A DNA stretch of 64,000 nt from Camelus dromedarius. Taxonomy: Eukaryota. The translations under genes and the position numbers were made by a program. This document shows, piece after piece, positions 26,612 to 39,604 of this stretch (position 1 is the first letter of the stretch; the number at the start of each line of letters is the position of its first letter). The notes under the pieces are model-generated. The model ran no database searches and was not told the origin of the DNA. It saw only the letters and a program-made list of their open reading frames with translations. The stretch is from positions 91,142,001 to 91,206,000 of the forward strand of contig NC_087437.1 of NCBI RefSeq assembly GCF_036321535.1. Reading direction: 5' to 3'.

Positions 26612-26925
26612 TTTTCACTTAAATGTGGAATCTGAAAATAGAACAAATGAATGACTATAATAAAACAGAAACAAGCTCACAGATACAGACTAGTGATAAC
26701 CAGTGCAGAGGAGTCAGAGGAGGGGCAAGATAGGTGAAGGGGATTAAGAGGTACAAACTATTAGCTATAAAATAAATAAGATACAAAGATGTAATGTACA
26801 GCAGGGAAATACAGCCAATATTTTATAGCTTTATATGGAGTATAATCTATAAAAATATTTAATCACTGTGTTGTACACCAGAAACTAATATAATATTGTA
26901 AGTCAACTATACTTCACTAAAAATA
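26612..26925 (+). mobile_element. L1 3' end (artiodactyl/laurasiatherian type)
   Basis: atgtggaatctgaaaa...gattaagaggtacaaacta...tgtacaccagaaactaatataatattgtaagtcaactatacttc. Confidence 0.85.
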
Positions 26926-27229
26926 GCAACACAAATCTGTTTGAATAATTAGTTAAGCCAACAGTATATGGAAATCAGTATTCAGGGGGCTGTTAATATA
27001 CTATGAAATTATTAAGCTTGATATTAAACCAATATTAAAATTGATATTAATTATAATCAGGATAGTAATAATATATGTAGTAATTATTTACTATGTGCCG
27101 GGAGATGACCACAGTGCTTTACATACCACAAATCTCTTGACTCTCACAGTAAGTTTATTATGAAGTTATATGAAATAATGCACTTGATTCCACACTTCAC
27201 AGCCTCACCAGTTTATTCCTATCTGTGAC

Positions 27230-28080
27230 TCTTGTGTCCCATCAAAAGACTTTATACCCATTTAGTTTCTAGAGGTGAAACCTGAGTCCCTTGTAATTTC
27301 TTCCTTCAATCATGCTATTCTCCATCAAATCCATTATTAATTACAATTGATTCTGCCTCCAACTTGTATTTCAAATCTGTTTTATTTTTTTTTCCATGGC
27401 CCCAACTCCACCACAAGTCAACATCATATCTGGCCTGGAATACTGCATTTGCCTTCTCAATGATTATTCTTCATAGAATACGTCAGTTATGTTTTATAAT
27501 ATAAAAATATTCCTCTGCCTTTCATCTATATAAATCCTCAACATATTCCCACTGAATTTCCAATAAAATTTAAATTCTATAATAACACCTTCCAAATCTT
27601 ACTGAATGGAGTCTATAAATTCCTTTATAAATATAGGAATATAGGCAGAGACTCCATATATTTTATACAAATATCCCACTTAGTTCAGTGTCACTGGCGT
27701 TCCTCCTATTCCTCTTTAAAATAACAACTTTTCCCACTACTTTGCATTTGCTGGTTCCTCACCTGGAAAGCTGTCCCCAAGATGTTTCAATTGGCCAACA
27801 CATTCCCATTTTTCAAATATCTGTTCAAATGTCACTTGCACAGAAAAGTTTTCCCCAAGTATTTCATCTAAAGTAATGCTTCATTACAAACTATCATATA
27901 CTTCAATATATTCATAAGCTGAAATGATTTTTATTTATTTTATAAATGTATTTGCTTATTTATTATCTCTTTCCAAATAGGACTAGGATCCTATTGACAT
28001 TGCCTATCTTTATTTTACTATGGCCTGAGCTTAAAACATTGCCTCACATATAGAAAACAATAAATATGTAAAATGACATT
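27230..28080 (+). mobile_element. L2 3' portion
   Basis: tctggcctggaatactgca; tttgcatttgctggttcctcacctggaaagct; ttcaaatgtcact; ends caataaatatgtaaaatga. Confidence 0.7.
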
Positions 28081-28364
28081 TTGTGTCAAAATTATATAAA
28101 TGGTGAAGTTGCATCTTCCACAGAGTAGGATTCTAATTTAAAACAGGAAAGTAAAATTACATACAGCCAATGGTAATGTCAAGTATACTTTTAATCATCA
28201 ATAATTACAGGGTGGATATTTTGTGTGTAGTATAACACTCTGTAGATGACATTAGTAGTTCCTCTCTTTATTAGCCATGTTTTCTTCATAGCAGGTAATT
28301 ACATAATTGATCATTTTTTCCTGGTCTTCTACTAATTTTCTCCAACTGGTATTGGTAATTTAAT

Positions 28365-28506
28365 TTTATAGTAACCTATAATTAAAAAGAATATGAAAAT
28401 GAATATATGTATGCATATGTATGACTGAAACATTATACTGTACACCAGAGACTGATAAAACATTGTAAACTGACTATACACCAATAAAAAAGGAAGAAAA
28501 AGAAAA
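28365..28506 (+). mobile_element. Short lineage-specific L1 3' end
   Basis: Near-copy of 15535-15650 (aatatgaaaatgaatatatgtatg...tgtacaccaga...aataaaaaa). Confidence 0.85.
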
Positions 28507-28779
28507 TATGAAGTTTACTTATAAGCCATTTTGCTATGCTTTCTTGTTCTTCTCCCCCTCCCTCTCAGTCCCTCCTTCCCCATCCTTTCTTTTTTTTAAT
28601 TGAGAGAAAGGGATTATCATTTCCAAATGAGTATGAGTATTTTGCAAATTATCACCTTACTTATGATATGTAAAGTTAAGGGAATTGGAAACTTTTATCA
28701 ATATCTCCCAAAGGAAATCATGCCTACTCATTTTCTGACAATGTTGCAATAATACAAAACATACGCTTAAGACAAGATT

Positions 28780-29230
28780 AAAGAATCGAAATCTTAGGTG
28801 TTTAAAAATTCTGACTGATTCTTGAGTCACAGAGGAATGATTTGGATGGAGCAACTGAATCAGGGTTGGTCTTACTTATGGGTGTGGGGGAGGAGCAGGT
28901 AATGGGTAATAACAACAAAATAGTTTCCATTTTGGACAGGTTAGATTTAAAATTCCTTAAGGAAACCAAGTAGAATGCTGCAAATACAATTCTGTGTCTA
29001 AGTGTAAAATCTAGGAGAGAAGTTTGGCCAGATAGTAAAATTTCATCGTCATCTCTTTAGAGGCAGTATGTGAATGTGGACATGGATGAAATAACTAAGG
29101 GTTTGAGTACAGAGAAAAATGAGAATTGACACTACACGCTGGACAATTCACAATTCAATATTTTGTGCATGAGAAAAGCTAGTAAAAGAGAATGAGAAAT
29201 GGTGGAAAACCAGGAGCATGTGATATTTCA
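28780..29230 (-). mobile_element. L2 internal fragment
   Basis: ccattttggacaggttagattt; aggagagaagtttggccagatagt; catggatgaaataactaaggg. Confidence 0.6.
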
Positions 29231-32200
29231 ACATAATTTCTAATGTAATACTATACTTCTGGAGCTTTCCTTGATGTACATAATGAAACTAAGTAACTTC
29301 TCTCTCCTTCTCTCTCTCTCTTTCTCTCCATATGTGTCTGTGTATCTGAGTATGTTTGCATGTGCTGAATAATGATATAATGGTTAGTGTGTCACAGTCA
29401 AAATGTTTCATAATTACTCTATAGTGCTTATTTCCTAAATCTTTTTCTTTCAACATGAAAACTTTCAAAGCAGTCTTTAATGAGCTAAATGCATTCTTTT
29501 AAAATTGTTTTTTGCTCAATTTTTCTCTTACTAGATCCTAGAGTAAGTGAACATTCTTGGATACATTTGATGCAGTGTGACTCTCTTATTTTCATTTAAT
29601 AAATGGGCATAAACATAACTAAAGAATAAATTTATTTTTATGATTTTCTTCTTCACTTGTTTATGCCACAGGCCAATGTCCTTCAAAGTACGCTTTCCCT
29701 TTTCCTTTTGTGTACCATGGAGTAAATGTCATATTTTTGCCACTTTTGTGTCTAGGTTGATTTCATTTCCAGAAAAGGCAATTTAAGTTTGAAAGTCATT
29801 TTAATGTTTTTATACATAAAATGTGCTATTGTGTTTTGGAGAGCAAGAAACTATATTCATATTTTATTTAATTTATATAATATATTCACAGACTCTTCTT
29901 CAAGATTGAGCATTTGGAGTAATTTATAATATAAAAATATGCAAGATCCTCTAAAAATAATTTAAGAGCCTTCCCAGATTATGCTATACTCATGCACGTG
30001 ACAACTAATATTCTCAGCTTATCAGTATTTCTCAAATAGCATCATAAAATTACTTTTAGCCAAAATCAACAAGAGAAAATGTATGCTTCAAGGAAAACAT
30101 TATCTTGTGACAGTTTCTTTTCAGCAGTTTAGTGATTTTGCTCCAAAGAAAATATGACTTACATAGTCTTACTAATTTTTTGAGTAATCTGTGAGTATAT
30201 TAGTATAATTAAGATTGAATTAAATTTTGACCTGGAAAATTTTGCCTATGTGCATAATTTTATTTTTCATTGTGATGTTTATAAGTATGGGTATCTCCTT
30301 TAAACATTTAATATTAAAATATTTTATATAAGTAGTAGGGTTAATACCAAATTGAAATTTGAAGGTAAATGGTCACTAAGATCAGCAATCACCAGTTCCT
30401 AATTTTTTTTATGGTCACTGATGCTTCTATCTATGTGCCTATATATGTGCATGTACATTATTTCATAAAATTTCAGATATTGTTTTTTGGAGTAGGATAA
30501 GAAAACAGATTAGTTATTAAAATAAATCACAAACATATGGATGCTTTGACTATTATTTTTCTAATGAAATTGCCATTCAAGCAATTATTGAATATATATT
30601 ACGCATAAGCCCCAATATTTTTTTCTAGGAATACATATACAAGTGAAATATGGTCCCTAATCTCAAGGACCTCAAAATTTGTGAAACAATGAATTTATGT
30701 AACCAATCAAATTTCATAACTATTGGGGCTGTGTCAGTGATATGGACAAAATGTTATGGGAATCCAGAGGACAAAAATAGTTAGCTCTTTTTTTTTTTGA
30801 CATTGGAAATGCCTTCCAAGAAAACGCAGATTATGAAAAATGAGTGTCCTTTCACTAGTGTGAATGAGGCAGAAGAGAAATGTAGCACACCAGGAGTCAA
30901 GCAGATACAGGAATAGAGATTATGTCTTACTTATTATATTTGTATTATTATGGACCAGTATAGTTTGAGGCATAAAACAAATATTAAATGAAAGTTCAAT
31001 ATATTAAGATTGTAGACTCACTAAAACAGACATAGAAGAAAGAGATTGGAAGCAGAGTTGGTAGAGAGAGTGTTGAAGTGACAGAAGGCTTAAGAGAGTA
31101 AGTTAGGGAGAGGATTTTATTGTCACTGAATTGTATTATGGAACATTTTCCTGTAAGCAATATGAAGTTCTACAAAGTTCTTAAACTGTCCTTTAAAATG
31201 TTTAAATCTATGAAAAATTTAGGAAAAGAAAGTGGCAAATGGCTTGTATATTACAAAAGAAAGAACTTGATGTGTGAAGGAAGTTATTAGTATTTTCTAT
31301 AGAAGATTAGGACAGAGTAGAGGAGAGAAAGATGAGGAAAGTAGAGTCAATACATATATTTTGAAAGAAGAATAATACATTTTTGCTCAAAGCATTGAGT
31401 TCACTTATTTAACAAATGATTTGCAAGTCATATTTATAAAATAAAATGCAAGAAATTATAGTCTAGAGTGAACTTCTAAGATTCAACCACTATCTTCAAG
31501 GAACTGACAATATATTACAAATTTATAATTGGTAATCTCAAATTATACCCTAGTTTAACTTCAATCAGCTATATTTTGAACTTCTAATTCTAGGTATTTC
31601 CATTTTAATGCCTTTTAGAATGCAAATACTTCTTTGTATCATTTCCTTTATGTACCTGATTTTTAAATTATATATGCAATCCTTTACATATGCAGAAGCA
31701 TAATAAATATTTCCTTATCCTTGTAGCATATAAAGTAGTATACAATAAAATGCTGAGTGCATCCATAAAATAGTGGAAAATACATAATCAGTCCACTAGT
31801 CACAAGGAAGTAAATCAAGTAATGACTTTTGAGAGTTTTTCTTCTTTATGCACAAATAAAGTGGTTAACTTTAGTGAATGTCCTTGCTGATTTTGAAACA
31901 ATGTATAAGATTGACATCACTTATATGCAAGAGGTTAGAACACTTAAAAAAAGTTTTGTATATATGTGTGTATATATATAGCCTATATGTGTATATGTCT
32001 TTTCATATGTTTATATACATATTCACCATAATATTATAATATGCTTGTTTTTCTTTCAGTAGTATTTTTAGCTCTCTATGACCAAGCAAATGTGGACTTC
32101 CAAATAGAGAAGTTGGAGAATTTCTAGTTTTGTTTGAAAATCGATATCCAGATAATTTTCTTCATAAACCACTTCTTTATATAATGAATAAGGTGTTGGC

Positions 32201-32775
32201 ATTTCTACTTTTTTAACATGTTAGCTATTTTTGTTTCTAGTGTAGTCTCCTTGTAAGGATTTCTCAGGACCCGTTGTTTAACATGCAAAGAAAATCATTA
32301 AAATTTGATTATATGGAAATTGAATGTTATATTTTTATTGTATATCAGCTAAATCTAAAACTAGATAAAACACGAAAATAGTACTTCATTATATTCTCTT
32401 CTACACAAAACTGTCAGCAATTTTTGTCTTTGTAAGGATTTGCATTGCAATGATTCTATAAATCTTCCTTAACTCCTGCAAGGATGGTTGATCTTTAGAA
32501 TGCCATTGAAAATGAACTTGTGGGACAGGTAATTCCTATGTGGCAAACCTATTTGCACACTGCCATCAGCATGCAATGACGAGATATAAAAACTGTCAGA
32601 GCAATTCATGTGAAGAACATCACAGCAAATAACATCACAGAGAACCCGTGTAAACCAGTGATAACACATTTTCTCCTGATCTTGTTAATGCAATACATGT
32701 AAATTATTCACTTGATTGCTTATTATAAAATCTACATTTTATTCAGACTATCTTATTTGTTCCTATAAACAATGA

Positions 32776-32798
32776 ACACACACACACACACACACACA
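32776..32798. repeat. (AC)11 microsatellite
   Basis: Seen directly. Confidence 0.95.
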
Positions 32799-33354
32799 TG
32801 TTTCCAGTGCATTAAGTTCCAATGAGGAAATACGAGACACAGGCAGAACCGGAGAGCCCTTGATAGAAGTAAACCTTTATTAACCCATGGCACCACTGTA
32901 GTAGTTCTAGGCAGCAATTCCACAGACACTTAAATCTAAATTAGTTAATGGTCCTTGTCAGCAGCCTGTAGTTCTAGGAAGGCTGCAAAGTATTTCTTTC
33001 TTCCAGTCACAAAGAGCCTTGACTAGAGTGAAGGATATTGAGGAAGTAGGGCATGTGTCATCAATGAAATATATTGGATCTCTAATGTTCATCTCCTAGA
33101 AACTGTTATTAATCCCAAGTTTCTCAGACTGAAAGTCTAGTAGCTGCCAAAAGGAAATAGTGGTAGTGGCAGTTAGAGCATCCGAGGCTTAAAAGGTAAA
33201 TGGCTTCCAGGCATGGACAATTCATTGCTAGAGCTCAAACAAAAACTTCTGCTACTGAATATAAACCTATTTTAAAACAAAACTAAATTTCAAAATATGC
33301 AATGACTTTATTACATTGGAGAATGTAGTTACATGTGTCCATATATTGAAAAAG

Positions 33355-33780
33355 TATTTATATGCTGAACGTTTTTGGCTCCAGTTTCCTCTTCTCTAAA
33401 ACGAAGATAACAATGCATAACTTGTAGGATTGCTATGAGTAAATATTTTTTTTCTACTTTTAAAGCCCTTAGGGCAGTGCTTGGCACATGGTGGGCATGA
33501 TATAAGTGCATGGTAAATAAAGCAAAGAGAGAGTTGAGAAAACTAATTACAGAAAGTTCAGATCCAATGACTGACTGTTTAACTACGGAGATGGCATGAG
33601 GCAGATCCCAGCTCTGCCATTTACAAGCTCAAGGTTCTTGAACAAATTGCTTAACCTTGCTAAACCTCATCTGTGAAATGGAAATACCACTTGTTTCCTA
33701 GCAATAACTCAGAATCAAGGGAGCAAGTACCTGTAACCTAGTAGATTGAACAAAATAGAAGTTCAGCATGGAAGAGGTAA
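33355..33780 (+). mobile_element. Two adjacent MIR SINE fragments (~33355-33520 and ~33595-33780)
   Basis: cagtttcctcttctctaaaacg...cagtgcttggcacat; atcccagctctgccattta...cctcatctgtgaaatgg. Confidence 0.75.
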
Positions 33781-35073
33781 TATTATCCAGCTTCTCTTGT
33801 CACTAATAAGTGCTGGGCTTATCTGTGGGTTACTTGCACTTGTCATCCTTGTGACCTATGCTGAACCCGAGTCAAGCTTCTATCAACACTTTGATAGCAT
33901 AAGCATTTCTAGGCAGTGCTTCTGTAGTGCAGGACTAATGGAAATGAAATTATTAAAAAGAAAAACCTCAGGGTGCTATAGCCAAAGGCATGTCTAAAAG
34001 TATAATCTAGAATATTACTTGAAATCAATGACTTTTGAAAAGTGGAGAAGACTTGCTCTGGTGGAAATCAACTTAGAAGTTACTATTTTTCTACCAAAAG
34101 CAGGAGCCAAAGAAGATTTAGCTTATTCATTAGAATGAATAAAGTATAGTTCTATACAGCACAGAGGAACAGTTGATAAAGTTTCTACATTTGAGTGTGA
34201 AGAGAGTGACTGCAAACAGAGTGAAGTTGGTATCCAGCCAGCAATGTAAGAAAATGACCATTTTGACTCAGATTGGTTTGCAATAGAGAAAAAGATCAGT
34301 TGATGACAGAGAACATGGATGAAAAATAAAATATTCTGCAGAAGACTAGGTAAAAACGTGGATCTTAACAACATCTAACTGAAGGGTATCAATTTTTTTT
34401 TTTTAATGTAAAGAGCCACATCCTAACATGATAGCCATGCTGGATATTATGTAATGTTGTTAGAATGAAAATATTTATACTGTGTAAATATGTGTTGTAT
34501 GCATGTGAACTACATGAAACTAATATAGAGGCAAAAGAAGATGAAGTAATACATAAATGGAAATATATTTGAAGTGTTAATGAGGAAAAGAAAAAATCAA
34601 CTAATCGGAGGGATTTTTTTTTCAGATATATCATGGGAAAAGGAAAAATGAAAGAAAGTATGACAACTATAGGAGAGTTAATTAATTTTCCTATTGTCCT
34701 TTAGTGGATTACAGGATATAAGTTTGAAAATAAGCAAAATTAAAATCTGGATAAATAGAAGTAGAGTCATACATCCACAGACAACTACAATAGCAACCAT
34801 AATTGAGTATAGCATAATCCTGCAGAGTCCTACTTAAGAACACAATTTGCTATTGGAAAAATATCAGTCTTGGCATTAGCAGATTAACCTTGGGGAACCC
34901 GTCTGATCCCAGAGTAGTCCTTGGATATATAAACACCTATACAGGTCTTTAACTTCAAATATATGATTATGTGTCTAAATACACAAACTTGAGATAATCT
35001 TAGGTTACCAATAAAATGAGAGACACATAATTTCAAATACCATAGTGTAATTATCCAACGACCTTATTATAGT

Positions 35074-35099
35074 AAAAAAAAAAAAAAAAAAAAAAAAAA
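35074..35099. repeat. A26 homopolymer
   Basis: Seen directly. Confidence 0.9.
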
Positions 35100-35463
35100 G
35101 AGGGGGGTGGCTTTAGAATCTGATGAAACTGAATTCAAAATATGACAATACATTCTATTTTTTCTTACCTCAAGCATTTTAACCCTGTTAAATTAATTCA
35201 TTTATTTAAGAAAAAATATATTCAATGCTTACCATCTGTTAAGACATTTGATAAAGACTTAAAAGCCACAGTACCTGTTCTTACAGAAATCTCTGCTAGT
35301 GAGGTGAGAGAATAGTGAACAGATACTTACATGGGAGTATTGTAAATGCTAGAGGGGGCGGATAGAAAGGGCTATGCTCAGGGTAGGGTGTAGAGGATGT
35401 GGTTAGGTATTTAGAAGGAAATGAAATTTTAGCTAGGCTAGGAAGGCTAATAAAAAATGGAAC

Positions 35464-36030
35464 TGTGAATGAAAAATATTACCTGCCATGTCAGTAAACA
35501 AAAGAGGTTGCATCACATTGCAGCCACCTCCAACAGTGCCCCCCAGAGGAGACTCGGGACGGGAAGCACAGGATACTGGCCTTAGATAGTTAAGGTGTCT
35601 ATCAAAGAAATGGTTTCAGTGAGCCCAGTTTGCATCGTCCTATACATAGAAAAGCAGCAAATTTATTAACTTGAGATATCTGGTTTTCTTTAATAAACAG
35701 TCTTTTTTTTTTTTTTTTGAGTAAAGGCAGATTTATATAGAGTTATACATCGAAAGGCAAGAGAAAGGCCACGAGGTTTGGGGGTTGGGTGCTCAAATTA
35801 GAGTAAAAGTAGGTACATACACAGAGTGGGCCCTCTCCAAAGGGGGAGAGATAAACAGTCATCTTTTAATGTTCTGACTACCTGATCTTTATTGCAAAAG
35901 CTACTATATCTCCTAACTCCTCTCCTTTTGGCGTAGTCTCTTAGAGCAGTCTGAGAGGCTGCCTCCCAGGCTTGAAGTCCTTAGAGTATCCACCGAATAA
36001 AACATACCTCTCAACTTTTATGTTGTGCAC
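35464..36030 (+). mobile_element. ERV1 solo LTR, MER41-like (artiodactyl type), interrupted at 35703-35850
   Basis: TG start; 3' part tctgagaggctgcctcccaggcttgaagtcct...ccgaataaaacata...ctcaacttttatgttgtgca with AATAAA. The family name is from recall. Confidence 0.65.
35703..35850 (-). mobile_element. Polyadenylated retroposed insert (LTR R-region-like) with 10-bp TSD
   Basis: T16 at 35703-35718; TSD ataaacagtc at 35693-35702 and 35851-35860. Confidence 0.85.
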
Positions 36031-36299
36031 AGAGCCATTTCTCGAAAAAGGATACAAATATATGTCAAAGATAGCATTTTAAAAATCAAAAAAGATCCAT
36101 ATGGATAGAGTGTAAAGATGGATAAATTGAAAGCGAACAAAAGCATGCAATGTTATGTCATTTGGAGTTAAATTTGAAGCCTGTAGGAAGCGACTGAGGG
36201 ATTGTAAACAGAGGAGTAACAGGGTTGTAGAAATCACTTGGATGATGTAATGGATGTGGTTGGCTCTCTTCCTAGATAGCTTTTTCTGAGAAGTTGAAC

Positions 36300-36450
36300 C
36301 TATTTCTTTTCCCAAACTGCTGTTGCTCCTGCTGCTGTGGCTCTCTGTTGCTCCCCTTTAGAGAACTGTCCTCAGCCATGGTGACCTGCTATACCCAGTA
36401 TGTTTTGCTCCCTCATCTCTAGAGGGCTCCACAGGCAAAATCACTGACTG
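36300..36450 (+). mobile_element. ERVL LTR fragment, LTR16-like
   Basis: gagaactgtcctcagcc...tccacaggcaaaatcactgactg. Confidence 0.45.
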
Positions 36451-36890
36451 TACAAGCACTCCTCCAGATCACCGCAATAAATGATTATCACAATAAAGTG
36501 AGTCACACAATATTTTTTTTTGGTTTCCTAGTGCATATAAAAATTATGTTTAGACTATACTATGGCCTATCAAATGTGCAACAGCATCATGTCTGAAAAA
36601 CAATGTACATACCTTAATTAGAAAATATTTTATTGCTAAAAAGTGCTAACCATCGTCTGAGCCTTCAGCAAGTAGCAATCTTTTTGCTGAGAGAAGGTCT
36701 TGCTTCAGCGTTGATGGCTGCTGACTGGTCAGGGTGTTGGTTGCTGAAGGTCGGGGTGACTATGGCAATTTAAAATAAGGCAACAGTGAAGTTTGTTGCA
36801 TTGACTGACACTTTCTGCATAACAGGCAACGCTCTCTGATGGCATCTTAAACAAACACGAAGTTCATGAAATTTCAAATTGTAATCAAGA
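36451..36890 (-). mobile_element. Tigger1 (TcMar/pogo DNA transposon) terminal fragment
   Basis: ccagatcaccgcaataaa...ggtttcctagtgcatataaaa...tctgagccttcagcaagt...ttgatggctgctgactggtcagggtg matches the Tigger1 3' end in antisense. Confidence 0.85.
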
Positions 36891-37744
36891 TAAAGGACTA
36901 GCAAATTGTACATATGAGTTGTGGACTGATTAATTTCTATATGTCACACATAGTCACAGGGTTAACTATTCTTGATCATATATAATACTCAAGCCTATAT
37001 GCTGAAATAAAGGTCATATTTCAGAAAAAGCAGAGACCCATTATTTTCAGCTTCCTTTTATTAATAAAGCTTAATACCAAAGATGTGTAAATTCTCCATT
37101 TAGTGTGTTTTCCTCCCAAATAAAAAGGATTACCTTCACGACTGCTCAGATGACTAATCCACTTATGCTACGTTTTGCTGCTAATCTTTTGCTTATTTTC
37201 TTGCATGTTCTGAAAAGAATGCTACTTTATAGAATTAAACTAACAGAAAAGACTCTAATAAGTCATAGAGTGATTTCCTTTGCCTTCAGTCAAGACTGAA
37301 CACATATCCTAAAACATAGTTATTTGTCAAAATTATTAAAATATACAGAATATATGAAAATTTATAATTCATTAACTATGCTAGTAACTATGCTTACTAT
37401 CTAAACATAAGAATAGTTGAAAGATGAATGCCATCTCTGTAGCCCCTTTATATTTTTCAATATTTTTACCAATTTATTAAATTAGTAAAATTTCTAAGTA
37501 AATTTGGTGCTAAGCCTCTAATATTTTTTCTTTTTTTAACATAATGTTTTACCTAAAACTATGAATTGAAAATGTACATATTTTATTCTTTGTGTTGTGT
37601 CACGTAGGATAAATTCATGGCTTGTAACATCCTCCGAAAATAAAAAGCTTACAAGTACACACGTGAGAACACATCATTGAGAATCCATACACAGAATTCC
37701 AAAAGTTCACATCTAAGCGAGTTGTGAGATAGAGATTTCTTTAT

Positions 37745-38780
37745 TAGATTGTGTGGTAAGGAAAGGCAATACTGAGAAGGTCACAATTTGAATAATGAAT
37801 TGATGTTAAGGAAGAAACAAAATAGCAGACATTTGGGGCATTCCAAGCAAGAAAAAAAGCAACCACCAGTGGTCTGAGATGGTAGCATGACTGGGGTGCA
37901 AGGCCAAGGTTGCTGGAGTGAGAGAGAGAGAGAGAGGTGAGAACAGAGAGGTAACTATGGGCCATTTGTGTGATCTTTGGCTTTTATTCTGAGTAAGGAG
38001 GGAAATCACTGGAGGACTTTTAACAAAGTAACATGAATTGACTTATGTTTTATCATGACTACTGTGACTATTTTATTAAGAAAAGATTGAAATTCATAAG
38101 GTAAGATACCAGTGGGATCCCACTGAGGCTCCCAAATCATTGAAAGGCATCATTGGAAAGTTAGAGTTTTAATTCTATAATATTCAGCTTTTGTTTCCTG
38201 TTTTTTTAATTTAAAATTCATCCATTTATTAAATTAGATTGTTTAAAATAATCATCTATATTTTGCTATGCATATACCTCTGAGCAGAATGAACAGGGTC
38301 ACTAACCTCAGTGACATTAGAGATTAGAAAAAAGAAAGACTAACAAATATATTCAAAATATGTAACAGGCAGGGAACAAATTATGTGTTCAGGAAATCCT
38401 CTTTGTGCAAGTAACTTGAATTAAAGATGAGTAAGGGAATGTCAAACTAACAGTGGAGGCAAAAAAAAAAAAAAAAAATCAGGAAATGAAAAGAATGTGA
38501 GAATTCAGAGAGGGGAAAGATCTTGGTATATTCCAGAAATTTAAAGAAGTCAAAATGACTGTGAGCAAAAGTAGAATTACTGAAAAGCTCAAGATGAAGG
38601 CAGGAAGAAGACATGGAAGAATTTTTAGATTATTGTGTTTAGTATTTTATCCTAAAAAAAAGAGGACTCATTGAAAGATTTAAGCTAAAGAAGTTGTATT
38701 ATTTAATTCATTTTTTAAAAGAATTCTTCTTAGAGCTCTCTCAGGAATGGAACTGAGGTAGAAAGATAAGAGTAGAAAAG
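37745..38780 (-). mobile_element. L2 fragments (two blocks, ~37745-38090 and ~38340-38780)
   Basis: aggccaaggttgctggagtg; ctttggcttttattctgagtaaggagggaaatcactggaggactttt; gtattttatcctaa...cattgaaagattt. Confidence 0.6.
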
Positions 38781-38804
38781 AGAAAATGAATAAAATATCA
38801 TCGC

Positions 38805-39025
38805 AGAGGACTGTCACTACCTGACTTCAAGACTTACTATAAAGCTACAGTAATCAAAACAGTGTGATAATGGTAAAGAAGAGACAAACAGATCAATGGA
38901 GAAGCGTAGAGTCCAGAAATAAACCCACATAAATACAGTCAACTAATCTTGACAAAGGAGCAAAGGCAACACAATGGAGAAACAGAATTTCAACAAGTGG
39001 TGCTAGAATACTGTACACACACATG
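38805..39025 (+). mobile_element. L1 ORF2 fragment
   Basis: ctacctgacttcaagacttactataaagctacagtaatcaaaacagtg reads LPDFKTYYKATVIKTV. Confidence 0.85.
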
Positions 39026-39604
39026 TAATAATAATAATGATAATAATATAGACAGGCCTATGTAAAATGTCATAAACACAATTTTAAGAATTTTTAATAA
39101 GGTCTACATGCTTAAACTTACAAGACATGAAAGAATAAATCATAAGGTTTACATTTTTAAGTCTACTTTCATTATCCATGTAACGTAAGAATCCCAAGTA
39201 ACAAAATAAAGATGAAAGTGTTCTATGTGAAACTCCAAACACCAAATCAAAATCAAAATAGTGCCAAAGTAGTGAAGTGTTGCAATTCTGAGTTTATATG
39301 ATGCCTATAGGAAAAACAAAATAGATTAAAAATAATTATTAACATAACAAAAATGTCAGAATAAGAAATTATTTTAAAAATTACTTACTATGAAACACAA
39401 AATACATCAGAGAGGAAAATTATCTCCCAAAGAAGTTGAAATTCTATTAAATTCTGAATAAGTTATAAAATTTTTTTTAAGTAAGTGATTAAAATAATTA
39501 TGAAAGTTAGGAAGTTAAAATAAATTTATGAAAATTGAATAGATTTAATTTAAATGAGATGCAATATATTAGAAGATACAATTTTAAAGGGTTAAACTTA
39601 GACA

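Noticed and set aside
35464..36050. Interferon-responsive GAS sites, as reported for some MER41-like LTRs
   Set aside because: I found no TTCNNNGAA in this copy; TTCTCGAA near 36040 has the wrong spacing.
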